DNA of 64,000 bases, taken from positions 141,011-205,010 of the IMG/VR virus record IMGVR_UViG_3300042317_001568. One strand, given 5' to 3'. This document shows, piece by piece, positions 8,404 to 17,079 of the stretch. The position numbers were made by a program, and so were the translations under genes. Numbering within the stretch: the stretch's first letter is position 1; each line of letters begins with the position of its first letter. A model generated the notes under the pieces. The model saw only the letters and a program-made list of their open reading frames with translations. It had not been told where the DNA came from and did not search any database.

Positions 8404-8580
8404 CCGCAGCAAGTCGCCTGCGACGCTTGCGGTGGTTCTGGAAAGTTCTGCGTAGGGGAGACATTGGTCAGCCGCGACATGGCGATAGACGCAGAGTGTC
8501 CGTCGCTTGAGGGCACGCACTACGAGTACGAGTTCGCGCGGTGCCCGGCTTGCGGCGGCGACGGTTGGGTTCTTGGATAA
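8347..8580 (+). CDS. 77-aa CxxCxGxG zinc-finger cassette protein
   Basis: CDACGGSG and CPACGGDG (DnaJ-type zinc motif); stop codon lies in site 4. Confidence 0.75.
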   Translation: MSDDNTQDGAEPSPASAGYPQQVACDACGGSGKFCVGETLVSRDMAIDAECPSLEGTHYEYEFARCPACGGDGWVLG

Positions 8581-8628
8581 CGACAAGGATAAGCGGCGGC
8601 TTCGCCGTCCGCTTCATCCGCTGGTTCT
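8577..8628 (-). mobile_element. attC-like site 4
   Basis: ATAAC-GACAAG-GATAAGCGG-CGGC-TTC-GCCG-T-CCGCTT-C-ATC-CGCTG-GTTCT; two extrahelical bases. Confidence 0.85.
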
Positions 8629-8647
8629 GCGTCAAACGAGGTGAGAC

Positions 8648-8893
8648 ATGAGAACGCTTGAAGACGAAGAAGACCCCTTCATTCCGACTCCGTCAGAGGC
8701 TCGTCGCTTCGGGCGGCTGGACAAGATGCCGGAACATAAGCGACTGAAGGCGACAGTGCGGATGTTTTTGGATGCGATCAGGTGTGTGCCGATGCGGGCG
8801 ATTGACTGCGATCAACTTCTGGTAAGTGAACTGTTGAACCGTCTGCACGATGAAACAAAACCAAACCGCAAGAAGAAGCGTCGCGCAAAGTGA
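8648..8893 (+). CDS. 81-aa cassette protein
   Basis: GAGGTG SD; sits between sites 4 and 5. Confidence 0.7.
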   Translation: MRTLEDEEDPFIPTPSEARRFGRLDKMPEHKRLKATVRMFLDAIRCVPMRAIDCDQLLVSELLNRLHDETKPNRKKKRRAK

Positions 8894-8896
8894 CGC

Positions 8897-8981
8897 AGAA
8901 CGCCAGAGATGAATGGCTGCGAACACAGGAGCATGACACATGACAGACGAAAATGAGCAGTCCATTCCATCGCGTGGTTCT
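8897..8981 (-). mobile_element. attC-like site 5
   Basis: AGAAC-GCCAGA-GATGAATGG-CTGC...GCAG-T-CCATTC-C-ATC-GCGTG-GTTCT; two extrahelical bases. Confidence 0.85.
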
Positions 8982-9251
8982 CACGGGGAGCCGTGCGCGT
9001 GGGCTGTGGTGCTTGCTGACGGCCAGCGAATCTACGATGTCTATGGCATCGAAGAAGAGGCCAAGGCGATTGACGAGGCAGTTACTGGGAATCACGGCAT
9101 CGTCCCGCTCTACCGCTCTCCCACGCTCACCGACGAGGAACGCGAGGCGCTTGCTGAAGCGATTGGAGCCTACAACGACAACGACGACGACGAGGAATGT
9201 GCTAAGATTGCGGCCACGCTTCACGGCTTACTGAAGCGGCTGGGCGGTTAA
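8940..9251 (+). CDS. hypothetical protein with EPCAW and TLTDEEREA modules
   Basis: starts inside site 5; paralogous to 7530-7838. Confidence 0.75.
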   Translation: MTDENEQSIPSRGSHGEPCAWAVVLADGQRIYDVYGIEEEAKAIDEAVTGNHGIVPLYRSPTLTDEEREALAEAIGAYNDNDDDEECAKIAATLHGLLKRLGG

Positions 9252-9275
9252 TGTCAAGTTTTGTTGCAAAAAAAC
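9250..9275 (+). repeat. imperfect 26-bp direct repeat, copy 2
   Basis: AATGTCAAGTTTTGTTGCAAAAAAAC. Confidence 0.6.
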
Positions 9276-9287
9276 TAGGAGCAACTA

Positions 9288-9530
9288 ATGACCGACAAAG
9301 AGAAAAACCGCAGTTACATAACAGCATGTGTTTCGTGCGGCGGGCGTATTCAGGTCACAAACGGCGTCAGTGGCAGGCACGAATGCTCTAAACGGCATGA
9401 CGCCGCGCAAAAAGCTGCCGACACGCGGGCCTACGATGACGTGCCAACGCGGCGAAAACAATCCCTACTGACGCGGCTTTCAACCGGGTTTAAAATGCTG
9501 GCCGAAAAAGAAGACGACGACCCCGAGTGA
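9288..9530 (+). CDS. small zinc-binding hypothetical protein
   Basis: AGGAG SD; CVSCG...HECSKRH. Confidence 0.65.
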   Translation: MTDKEKNRSYITACVSCGGRIQVTNGVSGRHECSKRHDAAQKAADTRAYDDVPTRRKQSLLTRLSTGFKMLAEKEDDDPE

Positions 9531-9602
9531 CCTGTCGCAAAAACGGAAAAATAGCGACAAGTTTTGGCAATATGTCGCCGGTAACAACATCAGGAGGATA
9601 AC

Positions 9603-9803
9603 GTGACCGACAAAGAAATTGAGCAAAAGTTGAGTTTGTGGGGAGCCGGCCGGCCAAAGACCGCCGAGGGGCAGTTAGCCTTGCAAGCCGCAGACGTTAT
9701 TTCCAAACTTCGTGCCGATCTGAAATATGAGCGCGCCCGCGCTGATTTGAATGACCACACTGAAGAATTAAGAGAACTGTACGCAAAAAATAAGGCGCAA
9801 TAA
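9603..9803 (+). CDS. hypothetical protein
   Basis: AGGAGG SD, GTG start, TAATG coupling to next gene. Confidence 0.65.
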   Translation: MTDKEIEQKLSLWGAGRPKTAEGQLALQAADVISKLRADLKYERARADLNDHTEELRELYAKNKAQ

Positions 9804-10201
9804 TGAGTCCAGAACTTGAACAACAACTGATCAAAAAATACCCTGCGCTATTTCAAGATACAGACAAACCGGCAACGGAAAGTCTGATGTGCTTTGGCTG
9901 CGAGTGCCGTGACGGCTGGTACAACATTATTGAGAGCGCGTGCGGAATCATTTCTCACTACATCGAGCAACGGCGAAAAACAAACGACCTTTCGTCATTT
10001 CGCTGGATGCAGATTAAAGAAAAATTCGGCACGCTGCGGCTGTATCACTCCGGCGACGCAGACGAATACATTTTGGGTGTAACTGACATGGCGGAAGACC
10101 TTTCCGGTTCTGTTTGTGAAGTGTGCGGAAATGTTGGCCAGCTGTGCGGTACTGGGTGGTATCAAACACTCTGCCCTGAGCACGAAAAGCTTCTTCCGTG
10201 A
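9803..10201 (+). CDS. phage hypothetical protein with C-terminal zinc motif
   Basis: GWYNII...QIKEKFGTLRLY...CEVCG...TLCPEH. Confidence 0.75.
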   Translation: MSPELEQQLIKKYPALFQDTDKPATESLMCFGCECRDGWYNIIESACGIISHYIEQRRKTNDLSSFRWMQIKEKFGTLRLYHSGDADEYILGVTDMAEDLSGSVCEVCGNVGQLCGTGWYQTLCPEHEKLLP

Positions 10202-10267
10202 TGGCGGTTATCGGCAAAAGCTGGTAGAATATGCCCGAGGAATTTTGCCGTGTTTAGTGCCGCACAC

Positions 10268-10831
10268 ATGTCAAAAGCCGAGTTGGATTTTATTCGTTTG
10301 TACGTGCAGATCACGCACAAACGCTTTGCGGCATTGCAGGCCGTGTTGAGCTTGGCGCATCCAGACAATCTGGCGCTTTTGGACATGGTGCACGCTACAG
10401 AATTGGTAGCGCACATGGAGCGGCTACAAAACGATTTTGACGGGCAGATACAGCAACTCCAGTTAAAACACAATATTCCGTCTAAACGTTTGCCGCCTGC
10501 CCCGCCAACAAATGAGCAACTGGCCGACATTGTTGTCATGTCATTTTTCAAAGTTGTCGGCGTAATGAACGCGACAAACGGTTTGATGGCAAAGACAAAA
10601 CAAAACGGGTGGTTTAGCGGTAAACCCAAAGAGTGGAATGATCTTTTCGACAAGCTGGCGACCGACTTACCCGAAAACCAAATGGATTCGGCGCTGTCGC
10701 CTTATCTAAAATCTGTCGCCAAGTTTTTTCCAAAATATTATCCCCCCGGGAACTGGTCAAAGTTGTTTCCGCCTCCGCAGCAAGAATTTTACGAAGACGA
10801 CGAATACGACGAAGAGTGGGACAACGAATAG
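10268..10831 (+). CDS. hypothetical protein with acidic tail
   Basis: ORF ending FYEDDEYDEEWDNE; start uncertain. Confidence 0.65.
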   Translation: MSKAELDFIRLYVQITHKRFAALQAVLSLAHPDNLALLDMVHATELVAHMERLQNDFDGQIQQLQLKHNIPSKRLPPAPPTNEQLADIVVMSFFKVVGVMNATNGLMAKTKQNGWFSGKPKEWNDLFDKLATDLPENQMDSALSPYLKSVAKFFPKYYPPGNWSKLFPPPQQEFYEDDEYDEEWDNE

Positions 10832-10839
10832 GAGGGCCT

Positions 10840-12021
10840 ATGCGGCCGTTGTTTGTTTTTTGTGCTGATTTGCATTTGGAAGATGGCGCTTGGACTTCTC
10901 GGATAAACATCTACGGCGACGCGTATTACAGTTTTAAGCAGATCGTAGACCACTGCATTGAGCACAAACTGCCGCTCATACTTGGCGGCGACGTGCTGGA
11001 AAAGAAAAGCAATGCGGCGCGTCCAATTGCAAAACTGTGCGCCGAGCTGACCCGCATGCAGGACGCCAAACTCCCGGTGTACTACATTCAGGGTAATCAC
11101 GAATATGATCGCTATGCGCCGTGGCTAAGCGTGCACCCGTGGCCGACGCACATGCATAACCTCACAGTGGTGTTCGACAACGTCAGCGTGCACGGCATCG
11201 ATTGGTTACCAAAGGGAGAAATTCAAAAAGCGCTCAAAGATGTTCCGGCGACTACAGCCGTACTTGTCACGCATCAGGTGTGGCAAGATTTTATGGGCAC
11301 CGTTGGGCGAACCGAATGCGATTTGTCGGAGGTGCACTACGCACACACAGTCCTCGCCGGTGACTTTCACGTTACAAAAGTAGCTGAAGGTACAAACGCG
11401 CAAGGAAAACCGATTCGCATGTTGTCTCCGGGTTCAACTGCTATGCAAGACATCGGCGAAGAACCCGAGAAGTTTTTCTTCGTTATTTGTGTTGACGAAG
11501 CGGGCAAAATTGTTTTCGCCCCGCATCGGCTGCAGACACGCAAATTTTTGAGTTATGTTGTTAAAACAGCGGAAGAGCTGGACGAACTGTGCGCCGGCAA
11601 ACTGGCAAACGCTGTTGACCGGGTACTACAGGCGGCCCGGCTTTACGTTCCGCCAGAACTAGCAAAACCACTGGTTCGGGTGAAATTCAACAAAAACCTT
11701 CCGGACGCTTATCTTCGAATCACGACGGCCGGCGCTGACATAGCGCATTTGTTTTGCGACGCCATTGCGGATCGTGACGATGAGAACAAAGACCGCCCCG
11801 CCCGCCCGCGAGATGAAACAAAAAACGACTTACTGCACGCAATCGCCGAGCTGCTTGGCGACGACACAGATGAATATCGCTTCGCGCAAGAAATACTTGC
11901 GGCTACAAATCCAAAGCGGCTCGTTGAGTCGCACCTACACGAATATGTGAAAGGGGCAGGCAATGCAGCTATTACGGCTGGAAGTTCAGAACTGGGTGCA
12001 CCACCGGAAACGGGTTTGTGA
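10840..12021 (+). CDS. sbcD: Mre11/SbcD-like metallophosphoesterase nuclease
   Basis: ADLHL, GGDV, GNHE, THQ, GDFH motifs; GGAGG SD; adjacent to the ATPase. Confidence 0.9.
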   Translation: MRPLFVFCADLHLEDGAWTSRINIYGDAYYSFKQIVDHCIEHKLPLILGGDVLEKKSNAARPIAKLCAELTRMQDAKLPVYYIQGNHEYDRYAPWLSVHPWPTHMHNLTVVFDNVSVHGIDWLPKGEIQKALKDVPATTAVLVTHQVWQDFMGTVGRTECDLSEVHYAHTVLAGDFHVTKVAEGTNAQGKPIRMLSPGSTAMQDIGEEPEKFFFVICVDEAGKIVFAPHRLQTRKFLSYVVKTAEELDELCAGKLANAVDRVLQAARLYVPPELAKPLVRVKFNKNLPDAYLRITTAGADIAHLFCDAIADRDDENKDRPARPRDETKNDLLHAIAELLGDDTDEYRFAQEILAATNPKRLVESHLHEYVKGAGNAAITAGSSELGAPPETGL

Positions 12022-14116
12022 GTTTACCCGCGGCCTTGTCGCCATCCTTGGCGAAAATGGTTCCGGCAAAAGCAGCTTGTTCGGCGCGGTCAGCTGGCTG
12101 CTTACTGGAGAAAACCCCAACTACGGCACTAAAGCCGAAAACATCTCTCAATACGCCGAAAACGACGAGCCGGCTTTTGCGCGACTTGAGTTTGAGCACA
12201 ACGGCCATATCGCCGTAGTAACTCGCTGGCTTCGGCCCGAAAAAGAAACAGCCACGATGCTCGTCGACGACGTCGAGGTGGCCAGAGGCGACAAAAGCGT
12301 CACCGCGGCTATTGAGCAGTTGCTTGGAATTGACGCCAAGTTTATTTCGCGGTTTATCATTGTTGGTCAGCTAGACATTTTTTCGTTTATTGACCAACGG
12401 CAGAGCGAAGTCGACACTTTTTTTCAGCACCTCTTCGGCACAGCAAAAGCTCAAAAATGCGCCGCTGCCGTAGGCGACGTTCTTCTGACAGCAAAGCCAC
12501 CCGAGATATTGCGCACGTCGGCGGAGCTGCAGTTGGTAAGAGACGCGTTGGCTACAAAAATAAAAGACGCTCAGGACCGCGTCGACGCTATTCCGACAAT
12601 TGACGCATTTTTGAAAATGCAGCAGGTAGATCAGGCTATTATCGAGCAATGGCGTTTACGTGAAAAACTTGGCGCAGAGCTTTCAGCACTTGAGCAGCGG
12701 GAAAAAGAGTACGCAAAAGAGCTGCAAATAGATGACGACCAGTTGACTCAGTACGCTGCTGATCTCGCCGCGCTTACCGAGTCCGCTGACACTCAAGACG
12801 CAGACTACACATCGGCGAAGGTTGCTTTAGCGCATTGGGGCAACTACAAGACTATTGCTAGCCAACGCCGACAGATTGAAACACAGCGCGCGGGAATCGC
12901 TACTGCTCGAAACGAGAATATACGCCCGGAACCAGTGACGCAGTCGGTGATTGACATGGCTGCGCAAAAGTATGCGCATTTGCATCAAGAGATCACGCGG
13001 CTGCGAAATTTTGTTAGCGCTTTTTCAAAGGCCGGCACAGCCGAATGTCCGACGTGTCATACGCCGACCGCGAACTTACAGGCGCAACTCGATGAGTCGA
13101 AAAAGTTGTTGCCGATTCTGCAAGCACAGGCCGTAGACGCGCAAGAAGCCTTGACAGAGCTGCGAAAAGCCGCAGACGGTTATGCAAAGTGGGAAAAGAC
13201 AGATCACGAATTATCGGTACGGGAACAGGCGCTTCAAACATCACTAGCGCAACTTACAGCCGTCTCCCCCCCGACAGATGACGAAACGATTCTGCAGCAA
13301 ACTGTAATAGATTACGAGGAGTTGCAGGCGGCAAAAATCGGGCTTAATGAGCTGCTTCAAAAGCTTCGTGAGCACCGCGCCCAGCTTGCCGGAGTCGCTA
13401 CCACAATCGCGGAACGGAAAAGCGAAATAGATCAATCTGTCGCGGTTATTTCTACGACTCAGGCTGACGCACATTTGGCTTCTTTACGGTTGGAAAAACT
13501 CAAAGAGCGGTGTGCTTTGCGGCAGTCACTAGAGCGCGAATTTGAAGAACTTCGTTTTTCTGATCGACAATTAGCCGAGCAGCAGGCAAATAGTCAAAAA
13601 CTGGAGGAGGAGGCAGCCCGGCTTAAAAACTGGACAGAGCAAGCGACGCGCGTTCGGGAGGCTTTCAAGAGTGCCCCGCGGCTTGTGGCTACAAGAAATC
13701 TGCAGCGGCTGGAGACAGCCATTAACGAGCTGCTGCAAATTTTTAGCGTGAACTTTTTAGTCCGCGTCGCCACCGACGGTACCCCCACGTTTGTGGCCGA
13801 ATTTTATGACGGGCGAAAACAAGTTGCGCAGCGGTTGTCCGTCGGGCAGAAAACAGTTTTGGCGCTTGCGTTTCGCGTAGCGTGTAATGCAATGTTTGCA
13901 GAAGAAATTGGTTTGCTTGCGCTCGACGAGCCTACCGCTGCTTTGGATTCTGTGCGTATTCAAGCGCTCGCTCCGGTTCTGGAAAAGCTACGAGAACTAT
14001 CGACGGCAAAAGGGTTACAATGTCTATTGGTGACGCACGCGTCTTCTTTGTCGCATTTGTTTGAGTCGACGATAGAACTCGAAGCACCGGAAACCCGCCA
14101 TGTCAAAAAATTATGA
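11963..14116 (+). CDS. sbcC: Rad50/SbcC-like SMC ATPase
   Basis: Walker A GENGSGKSS, coiled coil, zinc hook CPTC, signature LSVGQ, Walker B LALDEP, H-loop VTH. Confidence 0.92.
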   Translation: MQLLRLEVQNWVHHRKRVCEFTRGLVAILGENGSGKSSLFGAVSWLLTGENPNYGTKAENISQYAENDEPAFARLEFEHNGHIAVVTRWLRPEKETATMLVDDVEVARGDKSVTAAIEQLLGIDAKFISRFIIVGQLDIFSFIDQRQSEVDTFFQHLFGTAKAQKCAAAVGDVLLTAKPPEILRTSAELQLVRDALATKIKDAQDRVDAIPTIDAFLKMQQVDQAIIEQWRLREKLGAELSALEQREKEYAKELQIDDDQLTQYAADLAALTESADTQDADYTSAKVALAHWGNYKTIASQRRQIETQRAGIATARNENIRPEPVTQSVIDMAAQKYAHLHQEITRLRNFVSAFSKAGTAECPTCHTPTANLQAQLDESKKLLPILQAQAVDAQEALTELRKAADGYAKWEKTDHELSVREQALQTSLAQLTAVSPPTDDETILQQTVIDYEELQAAKIGLNELLQKLREHRAQLAGVATTIAERKSEIDQSVAVISTTQADAHLASLRLEKLKERCALRQSLEREFEELRFSDRQLAEQQANSQKLEEEAARLKNWTEQATRVREAFKSAPRLVATRNLQRLETAINELLQIFSVNFLVRVATDGTPTFVAEFYDGRKQVAQRLSVGQKTVLALAFRVACNAMFAEEIGLLALDEPTAALDSVRIQALAPVLEKLRELSTAKGLQCLLVTHASSLSHLFESTIELEAPETRHVKKL

Positions 14117-15044
14117 CGAGACTGTAATGCGGTTGCACACAGACCAAAACGGTATTGTGTGGTTTGCACGCGGCCTAGACGCGCCGACGTCTTCCGAAAA
14201 AAATACAGACACGTTTATGCTGACGCCGGTTTGTTCTGGCAAAAGCGCGGTATTTCGGTTAATTGGAGCTGCGCAAAACGCTGAACTAATTTGCGGGCTT
14301 TTTTTACGGTTGCGTCAAAAAGAAGTCTTATCTGTTGAGTTGGGCGGACCGAATATTTTTGACGACAATTTGCGACAACTTGACGCGCAGCAGGTTGTTA
14401 TGCGCATGAATGGTGTTCGTTTACCGGCATCCCGTGGCGGCTGGCACTCAGCAACCTACGCCGACTACAACATATACGGCTTGCTGGCGCGTTTAAACCG
14501 AAACGGTTTTATGCCGGATACGCCGGCTAAGATTCATTTTGGTTCGCACCCAATTGCAAAAATTCTTCAGTTTATTCCAACACTGTCAGAGTCAGACGCG
14601 GCGGTCTTTGCTGCTACCGTCATCGACCCGCGTTGGTTTTCTGATCGGCGCACAACTGATTGCACTAAAAACGTGTTTAACTTTTTGGGGCTTACGCCGG
14701 CGTCGCAGCGCCGCGTGAGCGATCCGACTGCAATTTTAACGCGTGTTCGTGACGTACGTTGCGCTAGAGTTTTGGCCGCGTGGAAAAGCAAAGAAATTTC
14801 TCCGGACAGCGTAGACCTGAAAAACCCGGCAAATTTTTTGTACCGTATTTGGCACGCTGCCGGCGGTGGGCCAAAGGGGGACTTGCGAGCTTCGCAGGCT
14901 TTTGTACAGTATGCGGTGTCGAACTGGCTGTCAGCGCTGGAGCAGCGCGCCGGAGTCAGGGACGGGCTATTTGCGCCTAACCTGTATTTCAAAACACCAG
15001 CCGAGCAAAAAGCTTACACGCAATACGCCGCGGCCGTTTCGTGA
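14100..15044 (+). CDS. IS110-transposase/Nop-domain-like protein, apparently lacking RuvC catalytic residues
   Basis: HPIAKILQFIPTLSESDAAVFAATVIDPRWF...VFNFLGLTP resembles the IS110 C-terminal LxxIPGIG..AA..+AEIGDxxRF..AYxGLxP pattern. Confidence 0.55.
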   Translation: MSKNYDETVMRLHTDQNGIVWFARGLDAPTSSEKNTDTFMLTPVCSGKSAVFRLIGAAQNAELICGLFLRLRQKEVLSVELGGPNIFDDNLRQLDAQQVVMRMNGVRLPASRGGWHSATYADYNIYGLLARLNRNGFMPDTPAKIHFGSHPIAKILQFIPTLSESDAAVFAATVIDPRWFSDRRTTDCTKNVFNFLGLTPASQRRVSDPTAILTRVRDVRCARVLAAWKSKEISPDSVDLKNPANFLYRIWHAAGGGPKGDLRASQAFVQYAVSNWLSALEQRAGVRDGLFAPNLYFKTPAEQKAYTQYAAAVS

Positions 15045-15047
15045 CCT

Positions 15048-15542
15048 ATGCAGGAAGTAGCAATCACTCTGCGGTTTAACCGTGTCTGTCTAGGCGCTGC
15101 CAGACGACGACGCAACGGGCAAACTATATTTTGCTTTGACCGTGATCCGGACGGCAGAGTGATGTTTATGCCCGCGGCGTGGCTGTCGTGTATGCGGTAC
15201 GCTGCCAAGCTCTACAACCGATTCCATACAGACGTAAAAAACATCGATTGGTGTCCGCTTGTAATGGGTACGCCAAAACCAGACTGGCGGCGAACAATCA
15301 TTTCAAACGCCAACAAAGAAGACACCCGGGCGCATTTTGCCGTGCATGAAGCCTTCAAGCCCGGCGACAAAATCACGTTGAGCGCTGTATTGCCGCAAGA
15401 AATTGGCGTGGAAGATTTTACCTACATGTTGACAATTGTCGGCAAATACCGCGGCTTCTCGCCGTTTAACAACAATCAAGAAAAATATGGCACATTCGAA
15501 GTCATCTCAGTCGACCCAATCGCCGGACCCGGATCGGAATAG
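15048..15542 (+). CDS. hypothetical protein, possible RAMP (Cas7/Csm3-like) fold
   Basis: N-terminal ITLRFNRVCLG; C-terminal EAFKPGDKITL...MLTIVGKYRGFSPF...YGTFEV resembles the RAMP glycine loop. Confidence 0.4.
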   Translation: MQEVAITLRFNRVCLGAARRRRNGQTIFCFDRDPDGRVMFMPAAWLSCMRYAAKLYNRFHTDVKNIDWCPLVMGTPKPDWRRTIISNANKEDTRAHFAVHEAFKPGDKITLSAVLPQEIGVEDFTYMLTIVGKYRGFSPFNNNQEKYGTFEVISVDPIAGPGSE

Positions 15543-17079
15543 GTTTGCGGGTCTGCGTGTCGTTATCCATAAAACGGGTAACGTGTTGCGGCTGATGGGC
15601 GAGAACAATACGCCCCTGCCGCCTGAACTAATTAAAGCTGTTACGCGCGGCCTGCAGTATTCGCACGTCGAGCAGCTTCACGGAAAGTCGCACCGTAACC
15701 CAATTACGGGGCAGCGGCTGTTTTTCCAGACACGGGAATACAAACTATACCGCGTCGAGAACGGCCAGATTACTTTGCTTTTCGGCTACACTGCCCGAGC
15801 GCTTAAACGCCTCCGGCGGCTCGGTTGCGAAATTGCGTTTTTTGACCTAAGCCCGGCACGTGCGCGACCAAACTGTTATGTCCCGCAATGGGAGGGTCTT
15901 GCCGGCCGCATCGAGTTCCGCGCCCGGCAGGACGAGTGTTTAAATACGATTGCCCGCGTACCTTGTGGCATCATCAAAGCAGTTACGGGCTTCGGCAAGA
16001 CGACACTGATCGGAGCTGCCGCGCTGCTGTTTCCTGAGGCGCGTATTGATGTCGTCACAAAATCTGTCGACGTCGCTGAGCGTATTGTGCGCAGTCTGCG
16101 GCGGTTCGTGCCAAAGGTCGGACTCATTGGTGACGGCTCCCGCCGCCGTGAGCGCGTCACAGTAATCACCGCCGGCAGTTTGGCGCACGCCGACGGCGAC
16201 GCGGATTTTTTGTTTGCAGACGAAGTGCATCAGTTGGCCACAATCAACTTCTCGACAACGATAGCGGATCGGTACCGCAACTCACGCAACTTCGGTTTGA
16301 GCGCCACGCCGTATGCTCGGATGGACAACGCGCACGAAGTTTTGGAGCCGTTGTTCGGCCCGATGATTTTTGAGTTGACGTATCAGCAAGCGGTCGAGCT
16401 CGGGCTCGTCGTGCCTGTTCGCGTCAAATGGCTGCCTATCAGGCTCAGTCACAATCCTGCAGAACGGTTTCAGAATCGTATAGCGAGAAAACGGTACGGC
16501 ATCTGGACAAACCATGAGCGGAACCGTATGATCGCCGAAGCCGTTCGCGAGTATCCAGAAGAGTCTCAAATTCTGATACTCGTTGAGACCATTGAGCACG
16601 CTGTTTATTTGGGGGCGCAATTACCGGAGTTTACGCTGGTGTATTCCAGCATGGATAACTATGACTGCTCTAAGTACAGAAAAATGGGTTTGCTGCCAAA
16701 AGACTACAGGCCCATCTCCGACATTCAAAAGCACAATTTCCGCGACCAGTTTGAACGTGGTGAATTACGGCGCGTAATAGCCACGGATGTGTGGTCTACG
16801 GGCGTTGACTTTGAGCAGTTGAATGTACTTGTGCGTGCCGATGATCGTGACAGCGACATTGTGGACGTTCAAGGTCCCGGTCGTGTCAGCCGTATTTACA
16901 CGGCTCCTGACGGCACATCAAAAGAGGTCGGCGAAGTAATAGACTGCATGGACGTATTCGATCCCACTTTTTACAAGAAAAGCGCTGGTCGTCGTGATAG
17001 CTACAAACTACTTGGATGGGAGCAGAATTGGAATGATGCTCAAAGAAACTGGCGCAATATCCCCAACCATGAGCCGTGA
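15436..17079 (+). CDS. superfamily 2 helicase (UvsW/XPB-like); start uncertain
   Basis: TGFGKT, DEVH, SAT, TDVWSTGVD and QGPGRVSR motifs. Confidence 0.9.
   Translation: MSANTAASRRLTTIKKNMAHSKSSQSTQSPDPDRNRFAGLRVVIHKTGNVLRLMGENNTPLPPELIKAVTRGLQYSHVEQLHGKSHRNPITGQRLFFQTREYKLYRVENGQITLLFGYTARALKRLRRLGCEIAFFDLSPARARPNCYVPQWEGLAGRIEFRARQDECLNTIARVPCGIIKAVTGFGKTTLIGAAALLFPEARIDVVTKSVDVAERIVRSLRRFVPKVGLIGDGSRRRERVTVITAGSLAHADGDADFLFADEVHQLATINFSTTIADRYRNSRNFGLSATPYARMDNAHEVLEPLFGPMIFELTYQQAVELGLVVPVRVKWLPIRLSHNPAERFQNRIARKRYGIWTNHERNRMIAEAVREYPEESQILILVETIEHAVYLGAQLPEFTLVYSSMDNYDCSKYRKMGLLPKDYRPISDIQKHNFRDQFERGELRRVIATDVWSTGVDFEQLNVLVRADDRDSDIVDVQGPGRVSRIYTAPDGTSKEVGEVIDCMDVFDPTFYKKSAGRRDSYKLLGWEQNWNDAQRNWRNIPNHEP

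Noticed and set aside
7285-9257. TTGACA on the minus strand in both 26-bp repeats as antisense promoters
   Set aside because: No acceptable -10 hexamer at 16-18 nt spacing in either copy.
14000-15600. TIGR array or IS ends beside the IS110/Nop-like gene
   Set aside because: The gene overlaps or abuts both neighbours and no short-period non-coding array is visible.
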